Virus record (IMG/VR): IMGVR_UViG_3300029288_000063 | Span: 64,001-128,000 of that record | From: a virus | Lineage: Duplodnaviria > Caudoviricetes | Strand: one strand, 5' to 3' | Length of the DNA stretch: 64,000 nucleotides | Position numbers and translations under genes: made by a program | In this document: piece after piece, positions 57,642-64,000 of the stretch | Layout: every line of letters starts with the position of its first letter | Position numbering within the stretch: position 1 is the first letter of the stretch | Notes under the pieces: model-generated | Seen by the model: the letters and a program-made list of their open reading frames with translations, nothing else | The model's database searches: none | What the model was told of the DNA's origin: nothing

Positions 57642-57706
57642 CTCAATGGCAGAGCGAGGGCTTCTAAAGCCCTGCGTTATGGGTTCGAGTCCCATCCTAC
57701 GCACCA
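57632..57706 (+). tRNA. amber suppressor tRNA (CTA)
   Basis: AGGGC-TT-CTA-AA-GCCCT, canonical D and T arms, CCA. Confidence 0.85.
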
Positions 57707-57835
57707 CAAATAGTGACGGGGTCGGAAATTCCGACCCCGTTTGGTTTGATATATTTTTTTTATACCGTGCGTACAGTGTGAAGTTGTTTTTTTTGAGATG
57801 GTTGGTTTCAAAAGACCAGAGTAGGAGGATTTGAC

Positions 57836-58060
57836 ATGGCATATCGCACGTTGGATGGAGCTGGACGTGACCGTGCCGAGGCCGTTCTTGAGGAAACCAC
57901 CTTCAAGGGTGGTATTCCGGTTCGTGCGGACGGAGCTGTCCGTGTGATCAGGAAGTATGGCCACGGTGTTGTTCGCACCTCGGGTGCAACGTCCCTGAGT
58001 GGCGCAAACGCTGGTGTTGTTCGCAACTACAATGACAACGGAAAGAACTTCGGGAACTAG
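57836..58060 (+). CDS. small hypothetical protein
   Basis: AGGAGG SD; followed by a terminator hairpin at about 58095-58130. Confidence 0.6.
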   Translation: MAYRTLDGAGRDRAEAVLEETTFKGGIPVRADGAVRVIRKYGHGVVRTSGATSLSGANAGVVRNYNDNGKNFGN

Positions 58061-58185
58061 GTTTTCCGTTTTCCGCCGCCGCGCCTGCAATTGGCACCCC
58101 CGTCTTTGGCGGGGGTGTTTTTATTTTTTTCTTATTGCAATACCTTTTCGCGTGTGTATAGTATTCGCAAATGGAGGATTTGACC

Positions 58186-58512
58186 ATGTTGTAGGTGTCG
58201 CCGAAAAACTTCGTTCTTGTTTGTTCTGACCTACCCCTTGCACATCAGATTGTTCAGGCTGCCCATGCGGCGTATGAAGCCGGAACCACATCCAATATAA
58301 AATCGCCTACCCAACAACGCCTTGTCCTGTGCACTGTCGCGGATGAGGCGTGTCTTTTTTTCGCCTGTGAAAAACTCGAACGGGCGGGAATCAATTTCGT
58401 TTTATTTCGTGAGCCAGACATGGGGAACCGTGCAACGGCTTTGTGTACCGAGGCGCTTAATGACAAGCGTGGTCGGGTGCTGTCGTCGTTTCGTTTGTGG
58501 AAGGAGGGATGA
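58186..58512 (+). CDS. Pth2-like protein with in-frame TAG at codon 3
   Basis: GGAGG-N8-ATG TTG TAG GTG; QIVQAAHAA, FREPDMG..TALC. Confidence 0.7.
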
Positions 58513-58781
58513 ATATGCGCCGGGTCAAGAATCCGTATGGAGACCGTCGCGCTCCTGATGGTGATTTTGCCCACGGGTGGAGGTGGGTGAGAAAAGGCGG
58601 AAGGGTTAAGGTTGCCGGTCTGTGGTATACCGCCCCAAAGCTGGGTGAGATTGTTGGTGAGTACGTCAAAGTCTCCATGAATGACTACTGGCGTTCTGAG
58701 GTGATTATTGAGCGTGGTGCGATTGGTTGTGTTGGTTTTTTCTGCTATGCGAAGCCGGAGAGCGAACATGACGACGAATGA
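58509..58781 (+). CDS. hypothetical protein
   Basis: Coupled ORF. Confidence 0.5.
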   Translation: MNMRRVKNPYGDRRAPDGDFAHGWRWVRKGGRVKVAGLWYTAPKLGEIVGEYVKVSMNDYWRSEVIIERGAIGCVGFFCYAKPESEHDDE

Positions 58782-59118
58782 GCTTATTGATGCGTTGCGG
58801 TCAGCCGACCAGTCAGGCAAGTTGCAGGTGGTTGTTGGTAATGTGCCGATATATACTGTTGACCGGCTTCCTGCGTATTATGACGGGCGGATGCAAGAGC
58901 TGATTCAAGACCACAGTCGTGACCCGTATTACAACATCGTTGGTTTTCGGGTGAAGAGAAGTGGTCAGAAAATCAACTTGTGCACGATAGATTTTGAGAC
59001 GGTACTCTGGGACAACCCGGACGCCGAGGTTGACCTGTCAGACCTGTCCGAAAGGGAACGGTTTGAATGGGAGGCGCGGGTTGCCGAGGTGATTGTTCAA
59101 GCGAAATCTGAGTCCTGA
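58768..59118 (+). CDS. hypothetical phage protein
   Basis: MTT.ELI..L...D.SG; PAYYDG. Confidence 0.6.
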   Translation: MTTNELIDALRSADQSGKLQVVVGNVPIYTVDRLPAYYDGRMQELIQDHSRDPYYNIVGFRVKRSGQKINLCTIDFETVLWDNPDAEVDLSDLSERERFEWEARVAEVIVQAKSES

Positions 59119-59231
59119 TTGTGTGAAAGGAGAAAGCCATGAAGTAGCTGTGTCCCGCGAAGCCTCCGTAATAGGTGTTTGTGTTCTGGTGCTTTTCTGT
59201 GAAACTACAAACCCTATTTTGGAGAAAAATC

Positions 59232-59558
59232 ATGAGCGCAATTGAGAATGTGGTGACTTTTGAAGAACTTCAACGTTCGAAGTGGTTGGAAAAGCGTGCT
59301 GAGTTTCGGGAGTTGATTAAGAGTCTGGCGGCAGAGCAGTCGGCTGAAAAGAAGCTGTTGCGTATGCCGCATGGGTCGATTCCCGAGCAGGAGTATCCGG
59401 CCTATGGTGGCGGGAAGATGACCCTGAAAGGGACTGCCCGCGCCTCGCGTCTGATGTATTCCTGTTGGAGTCGTGCTAGGTCGATTAGCGGATTGCTGGT
59501 TGATTATAAGAAGTTCCTTGGCAAGCCGTATGACATGCACGAAAGCAAAAAGAAGTGA
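59232..59558 (+). CDS. hypothetical protein
   Basis: GGAG SD; hairpin terminator follows. Confidence 0.6.
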   Translation: MSAIENVVTFEELQRSKWLEKRAEFRELIKSLAAEQSAEKKLLRMPHGSIPEQEYPAYGGGKMTLKGTARASRLMYSCWSRARSISGLLVDYKKFLGKPYDMHESKKK

Positions 59559-59690
59559 TTCGCCATGTACCCGCCCGTGAAAAGGCGGGTACATTTTTAT
59601 TATTGGCTTGTTGTTGGAAGAGAATGTCTCTTGGTGCACTTTGTTCGTTGGGAATAAATGCTGTTGTGATGTTTTCGAAAAAATATATTG

Positions 59691-59736
59691 ATTTTTTCCA
59701 GATTTTTGTTGCGCCTACGATGTTTGAATGTATAGT
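59691..59736 (+). promoter_or_regulatory. promoter of RNA operon 2
   Basis: TTTTTTCCAGATTTTTG-TTGCGC-N16-TATAGT. Confidence 0.75.
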
Positions 59737-59773
59737 GGGTCATGTGTGGTAAATTACTTTTATGGAGTCTGTC

Positions 59774-59929
59774 ATGAATAAGTTTGCATTGCTTCCAGTC
59801 CTGCCGGTGTTTGATGCGGCGGCCTATGAATGGCTGACGGCGGGTAGGGAGCTTTGCGGATAAAACAGATTTCAACAAATCCGTAAAACACCTGACCCCG
59901 CCGAGAAGTTCCGGCGGGTTTTTTGTTTT
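59774..59929 (+). promoter_or_regulatory. leader ORF (59774-59863) with antiterminator/terminator attenuator
   Basis: GGAG SD; CGGCGGGTAGG in the leader pairs with the terminator 5' arm CCTGACCCCGCCG. Confidence 0.7.
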
Positions 59930-59936
59930 GCGGTGA

Positions 59937-59974
59937 TGCGGGCATAGTTCCTGCAAGTGGTCTTTGACAATCGA
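59937..59974 (+). promoter_or_regulatory. boxB/boxA-like antitermination site
   Basis: TGCGGG-CATAGTT-CCTGCA then GGTCTTTGACAATCGA. Confidence 0.65.
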
Positions 59975-59996
59975 GTGGCCAAGAAAAGAATTATCC

Positions 59997-60081
59997 GGTG
60001 TGGGTGGCGCTTCGGAAGCGCGGCGGGCTGTAAACTCGTTCCCTTATGGGCAAAGAGGTTCGACTCCTCTCCACACCACCA
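59997..60081 (+). tRNA. tRNA-Tyr(GTA)
   Basis: CT-GTA-AA loop, long variable arm, CCA. Confidence 0.85.
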
Positions 60082-60084
60082 AAT

Positions 60085-60160
<76 letters not shown>

Positions 60161-60190
60161 AATTCAATCCGGGCGTGTGCCCGGTGGAAT

Positions 60191-60267
60191 AGGCGTTTAG
60201 CTCAGGAGGCTAGAGCGTGTGCGTCACAAGCACGAGGTCGCTGGTTCGAATCCAGCATCGCCTACCA
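60191..60267 (+). tRNA. tRNA-Val(CAC)
   Basis: Cloverleaf, CCA. Confidence 0.88.
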
Positions 60268-60278
60268 TAGTTTTTTTT

Positions 60279-60433
60279 GCAGCACTCTTCAGTATGGAGT
60301 TACTTCCTTTCAAACCGAAAATGTGGGTTCGATTCCCACACCTGATGCCGCAACACACGACGGTTCGCCGTCCAGTCGGGTTCGTCTAATGGTAGGACTC
60401 GGGCGCAAGTCTCCATGCGTTCTTTGGTGCTGT
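60279..60433 (+). ncRNA. Y RNA-like ncRNA with permuted Glu-like tRNA domain
   Basis: Shared module; CTTTCAA-ACCGA, T arm, then GTCTAATGGTAGGAC D arm. Confidence 0.8.
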
Positions 60434-60441
60434 TTTTTCAT

Positions 60442-60516
60442 GTCCCGCTCGTCTAGCGGCTAGGACGACAGCTTTTCAAGCTGTAAACCGGAGTTCGATT
60501 CTCCGGCGGGATGCCA
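60442..60516 (+). tRNA. tRNA-Glu(TTC)
   Basis: Cloverleaf, CCA. Confidence 0.92.
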
Positions 60517-60523
60517 AATTCAT

Positions 60524-60610
60524 GCGGGTATGCTGGAATGGCAGACAGGTTGCGTTGAGAGCGCAATGGACGAATTGTCCGTGAGGGTTCAAGTCCCTCT
60601 ATCCGCACCA
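60524..60610 (+). tRNA. tRNA-Leu(GAG)
   Basis: Long variable arm, CCA. Confidence 0.92.
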
Positions 60611-60615
60611 AATTT

Positions 60616-60814
60616 ACCAGTCGTCTGAGGAAGCTCGGGACTGCACCGCGAAAACGGAGGAGGATTGTATAATCTGATTGGACTCCGGAGGCAGCAACCC
60701 CAAATAGGCCCGGAGCGGGAGCGCGGCGTGTTGAAGGGCGGGTTGGGGGCTTAGACCAATGCACGGTTGAAAAACAGAATCCCGGCTACGTAGAACTGTG
60801 CGCGGTCGACTGGT
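60616..60814 (+). ncRNA. rnpB: RNase P RNA, minimal and circularly permuted
   Basis: GAGGAAGCTCGGGA, GCAGCAACCCCAAATAGG, GGGT, TAGACCAATG, ACAGAATCCCGGCTA conserved blocks. Confidence 0.85.
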
Positions 60815-60820
60815 TATTAT

Positions 60821-60897
60821 GTCTCGGTAGGCGAATGGTTGAAGCCGTCACCCCTTCAAGGTGAAAATTACGGGTTCGAATCCCGTCCGAGATACCA
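60821..60897 (+). tRNA. tRNA-Glu(TTC), C33 variant
   Basis: TCACC-CC-TTC-AA-GGTGA, CCA. Confidence 0.8.
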
Positions 60898-60985
60898 CAA
60901 GAAAAGGGAAAGCCCCCCTATGGGAACCATGAAGGCCAAATGGGTTCTCGCAGGCTTGACAACCGGAGAGTACGGTGCCAATGAT

Positions 60986-61061
60986 GTCCCGCTCGTCTAG
61001 TGGTCTAGGATGGCAGATTCTCAGTCTGCGGACAGGGGTTCGAATCCCCTGCGGGATACCA
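60986..61061 (+). tRNA. tRNA-Glu(CTC)
   Basis: Cloverleaf, CCA. Confidence 0.92.
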
Positions 61062-61125
61062 AGATTTCCCTTCGGGTTGACTGGAGGTTGTTCGTACCGC
61101 TGTCGAGGTATGGCGGCGGTAGTTT

Positions 61126-61201
61126 GGAAGGTTAGCCTACGTGGTCACGGCGTCTGCCTGAAGAGCAGAAGAAGTCGGTTCGATTCCGACACCTTCCACC
61201 A
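61126..61201 (+). tRNA. tRNA-Phe(GAA)
   Basis: Cloverleaf, CCA. Confidence 0.85.
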
Positions 61202-61204
61202 TAA

Positions 61205-61290
61205 GCGGGTGTGCTGAAATGGCATACAGGTCGCGCTCAGAACGCGATGCCCGTAAGGGCGTGTGGGTTCGACTCCCTCCATCCGCACCA
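61205..61290 (+). tRNA. tRNA-Leu(CAG)
   Basis: Long variable arm, CCA. Confidence 0.92.
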
Positions 61291-61298
61291 AAAACAAT

Positions 61299-61387
61299 GC
61301 GAGTGTGCTGGAACTGGCATACAGGTCTGTCTCAAAAGCAGATGGGTGAAAAATCCCGTGTGGGTTCGACTCCCACCGCTCGCACCA
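61299..61387 (+). tRNA. tRNA-Leu(CAA)
   Basis: Long variable arm, CCA. Confidence 0.92.
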
Positions 61388-61395
61388 AATATATG

Positions 61396-61544
61396 ATGAC
61401 GCGCTTCGGTAGGGAGATACTTCCATAAGGCTGGTGTCCCTCGGGACGTGTGGGTTCGAGTCCCACAGACTTAACGAAAGTTGGGCGATGGCGAAATGGC
61501 AGACGCACCGGAAAAAAGAAACTCCTTGCGACTTTTGGCGTCAT
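61396..61544 (+). ncRNA. Y RNA-like ncRNA with permuted Leu-like (class II) tRNA domain
   Basis: Shared module; variable arm and T arm precede GGCGAAATGGCAGACGC. Confidence 0.8.
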
Positions 61545-61555
61545 TTTTGAATTTT

Positions 61556-61718
61556 CGGCACGCTTCAGTGATGGGTTACTTCTCACCCAATGAGAGAGGT
61601 CGTAGGGTTCGAATCCCTACCCGCCCGGCCATGAAGGCTTTCGATGAGAGCCTTCATACTTCGGGCGGTAGCTCAGTGGTAGAGCGCTACAACTAGCCTG
61701 TTGCGACTTTTGGTGCCG
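61556..61718 (+). ncRNA. Y RNA-like ncRNA with permuted tRNA domain
   Basis: Shared module; T arm, extended closed acceptor stem, GCTCAGTGGTAGAGC. Confidence 0.8.
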
Positions 61719-61735
61719 TTTGTTGCGTTTTATGT

Positions 61736-61810
61736 AGTCTCGTCGTTCAAAGGCTAGGATTCGGGATTGTCTATCCTGAGATGCGGGTTCGAGTCCCGTC
61801 GAGACTGCCA
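61736..61810 (+). tRNA. tRNA-Asp(GTC), divergent
   Basis: Cloverleaf, CCA. Confidence 0.85.
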
Positions 61811-61813
61811 AAT

Positions 61814-61890
61814 GGACACGTAGCTCAGTTGGTTAGAGCGCTGCCCTGTCACGGCAGAGGTCACCGGTTCGAGTCCGGTCGTGTCCGCCA
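61814..61890 (+). tRNA. tRNA-Asp(GTC)
   Basis: Cloverleaf, CCA. Confidence 0.92.
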
Positions 61891-61898
61891 AAATTTAC

Positions 61899-61974
61899 TG
61901 TGTGGTAGCTCAGTTGGTAGAGCACGGCCCTGAAAAGGCCGGTGTCACCGGTTCGACCCCGGTTCCCACAACCA
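61899..61974 (+). tRNA. tRNA-Phe(GAA)
   Basis: Cloverleaf with one acceptor mismatch, CCA. Confidence 0.82.
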
Positions 61975-62072
61975 AATATAGGCGTATAGCTCAATTGGTA
62001 GAGCACCGGTTCCAAAAACCTTCGGTTTGATAAATAATTTTATAATCTCGTGTCTGTTGAATGGAGACAGAC

Positions 62073-62600
62073 ATGAGGAAGACAAAGTGGACAGATGAAG
62101 AATTGTCGTTGTATGTTGCCGAGTCGTTTGGTTTTTCTGACCTTTTGAGAAAGTTAAAACTTTCAGTATCTAGTGGAAATTACAAGACAATAAGAAGACG
62201 TATAGAAAGTCTTTGTTTGGATACTAGGCATTGGACTGGAAAGTCTCAATGTGGAGATCGAAACCCAAGTTTTCGTCACAGAATTCCGCTTGAACAGATT
62301 TTGGTAGAGAATGGGTTTTATAGGAATCTGCCAAGATTGAAACAGAGGTTGATTAAAGAGGGTTTGTTAGAAAACAAGTGTGCTATTTGCGGACTTAGTT
62401 CTGTGTGGAATAATAAGAAAATTGTTATGATTTTGGATCATGTAAATGGTGAATCATTTGATCATAGATTTGAAAATTTGAGACTTGTTTGTCCGAATTG
62501 TAATAGTCAGATTGATACTTTTGCTGGAAGAAACAAGAAGAAAAAACGAACGGATGCAGCAAGTGGGTGTTGCGGTCAGACTCCAAATCTGACGTCTTAG
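62073..62600 (+). CDS. HNH endonuclease
   Basis: CAICG, LDHVNG..DHRFENLRLVCPNCN; AT-rich. Confidence 0.9.
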   Translation: MRKTKWTDEELSLYVAESFGFSDLLRKLKLSVSSGNYKTIRRRIESLCLDTRHWTGKSQCGDRNPSFRHRIPLEQILVENGFYRNLPRLKQRLIKEGLLENKCAICGLSSVWNNKKIVMILDHVNGESFDHRFENLRLVCPNCNSQIDTFAGRNKKKKRTDAASGCCGQTPNLTS

Positions 62601-62627
62601 CGGGTTCGATTCCTGTCATCCGTGCCA
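62550..62627 (+). tRNA. tRNA-Trp(CCA), nested divergent replacement
   Basis: ACGGATG/CATCCGT, TCAGA-CTCCAAA-TCTGA, C8:G14, G73 and CCA. Confidence 0.85.
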
Positions 62628-62685
62628 ATCTTGTAATCCGTTCAAAACCGGCGGTTGGGGGTTCGAGTCCCTCTGCGCCTGCCAT

Positions 62686-62759
62686 AGTCGTGTCGCTTAA
62701 TGGTAAAGCGTCTCCTTGACGTGGAGAAGCTGAAGGTTCGATTCCTTCCATGACTACCA
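62686..62759 (+). tRNA. tRNA-Val(GAC)
   Basis: Cloverleaf, CCA. Confidence 0.88.
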
Positions 62760-62767
62760 TATTCAAA

Positions 62768-62846
62768 CGGGGCGTAGCTCAGCTTGGTTGAGAGCGCGTG
62801 TTTCGGGTACACGAGGTCGCAAGTTCAAATCTTGTCGCCCCGACCA
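62768..62846 (+). tRNA. tRNA-Pro(CGG)
   Basis: Cloverleaf, CCA. Confidence 0.9.
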
Positions 62847-62964
62847 AATTATGAACCCTATGCACATGACCGGACACTTGTGTGTAGGAGCAACGACGCC
62901 CATTATGGAGAGCGGTGGGTGTAGCCGAAAGGCAGTGCGGTAAAACGCCGAAGCTCCTGTGAAT

Positions 62965-63041
62965 CGGGGTGTGGCTCAGCTTGGTAGAGCGCCGCGTTCG
63001 GGACGCGGAGGTCGGAGGTTCAAATCCTCTCACCCCGACCA
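62965..63041 (+). tRNA. tRNA-Pro(CGG)
   Basis: Cloverleaf, CCA. Confidence 0.92.
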
Positions 63042-63102
63042 ATTTCAATGTATATCGGGTTTCCGGTATACTGTGGTATACATGGGTAGAAACGACTATA
63101 AT

Positions 63103-63179
63103 CGGACTGTGGCTCAGTTTGGTAGAGCGCGTGACTGGGGGTCACGAGGCCGCAGGTTCAAATCCTGTCAGTCCGACCA
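63103..63179 (+). tRNA. tRNA-Pro(GGG)
   Basis: Cloverleaf, CCA. Confidence 0.92.
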
Positions 63180-63248
63180 AAATTATTTCTTCGTTGAGCT
63201 TTTTCATGTCGCCGCGATAGGTTTGTAAGGTATTATATTGTAGGTGTT

Positions 63249-63956
63249 TTGAAAAGGACGAAGATTATGCCGCCTCCTGTTGTGAAATGTTGCATCTGTG
63301 GTGAAGAGGTTCTCAAGGCTCAAACCTATGCTATTGCAGGCGGTCGTGCCTGCAAGAAGCATGAAGGCGTTGTTGAGCAATCGCAGCAGATTCAACAGAA
63401 AGCAATCGACGATAAGTCGAGGCAGCGTGCCGCAGAAGACGAGCGTGAACGTCGGCGTGAAGAGCGAATGAACATGCCGCATGCTTCAATGGAAGCAAAC
63501 CTGTCGTTTGCGAGGGATAACTGTTGGTGCTGTGGTCGTGTTGGATTGGAACACAGCATGTTTATGCAGCTCCAGTTGGCTGCGATGGAAAAGGCTCAGA
63601 ATGAGAATATCAATGTGTTTGGTGAGCTTGTTGGAGACCACGCTTTCAAAAACATGTTGCTTGCCGTGTTAAAGCGGCTTGGTGCTGAGTGTGTTTTCAA
63701 AAGGTTTGACCTGAACGATGAGATGTTTGAGCGGTACGTTCAGTGGGAAGCGCGGATAGACCATCGAGTGCGGGATATTGTTCGCTTTGGTCGTGTAATT
63801 CAGCTTTGTGGTGATTGTCAAAACGGCACAGGTATCAAGTTTGACTTCGAATCCATCATTCCGAAGGTGCCGCTGCAAACGCTCTTATTGGTTGGTTCTG
63901 CTTATGAGAACAGTGACTTCCATAAGCATGTTCAAGAGATTGCGAAAAATATATAA
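63249..63956 (+). CDS. hypothetical protein with Zn-binding motifs
   Basis: CCIC..CKKH, CWCC..CGDC. Confidence 0.65.
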   Translation: MKRTKIMPPPVVKCCICGEEVLKAQTYAIAGGRACKKHEGVVEQSQQIQQKAIDDKSRQRAAEDERERRREERMNMPHASMEANLSFARDNCWCCGRVGLEHSMFMQLQLAAMEKAQNENINVFGELVGDHAFKNMLLAVLKRLGAECVFKRFDLNDEMFERYVQWEARIDHRVRDIVRFGRVIQLCGDCQNGTGIKFDFESIIPKVPLQTLLLVGSAYENSDFHKHVQEIAKNI

Positions 63957-63957
63957 C

Positions 63958-64000
63958 GGGCGCGTAGCATAGCTGGTCGAATGCGCTTGCTTTACAAGCA
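63958..64000 (+). tRNA. tRNA-Val(TAC), cut by the window end
   Basis: D arm and CTTGC-TT-TAC-AA-GCA. Confidence 0.75.

Larger units (their letters stand above)
61980..62684 (+). mobile_element. split tRNA-Trp (61980-~62014 + ~62643-62684) containing an HNH gene and replacement tRNA-Trp
   Basis: AGGCGTA/TGCGCCT and CCGGT/ACCGG strands pair across the insert. Confidence 0.88.

Noticed and set aside
62638-62684. UGA-reading tRNA-Trp(TCA) at the 3' junction
   Set aside because: TTCAAAACCGG is only a half gene at an ambiguous junction; the 5' side reads CCA and TGA is a common stop here.

Overview
This is a 64 kb segment of a large (jumbo-type) tailed phage genome, almost entirely coded on the + strand. 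(1) 1-16 kb: accessory and RNA-repair genes (2H phosphoesterase, CCA-adding/HD enzyme, Ro60/TROVE, ClpP-like protease, hybrid histidine kinase and receiver, vWA/metallopeptidase), then NusG-like and sigma-like regulators. (2) 17-41 kb: head morphogenesis (terminase, topoisomerase IB, intein-containing portal, prohead protease, acidic scaffold-like proteins, decoration protein, HK97-type major capsid, LAGLIDADG-methyltransferase fusion). (3) 42-64 kb: two large RNA operons with about 50 tRNA genes. Main candidates for undescribed biology: (a) tRNA genes split at the anticodon by cassettes carrying a homing endonuclease plus a complete, sequence-divergent replacement tRNA for the same amino acid (3 intact cases, 2-4 relics); (b) ten RNAs sharing one terminal module, two of them next to the Ro60 gene, most with circularly permuted tRNA-like domains (Y RNA-like); (c) a circularly permuted RNase P RNA with no P1 and a reduced S-domain; (d) a roughly 14-residue helix motif shared by about 13 unrelated proteins (possible capsid-packaging tag); (e) leader-ORF attenuators plus boxB/boxA sites heading both tRNA operons; (f) an amber suppressor tRNA near a Pth2-like gene with an in-frame TAG. 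All calls come from reading motifs and base-pairing by eye; no searches were run, so novelty is unverified.
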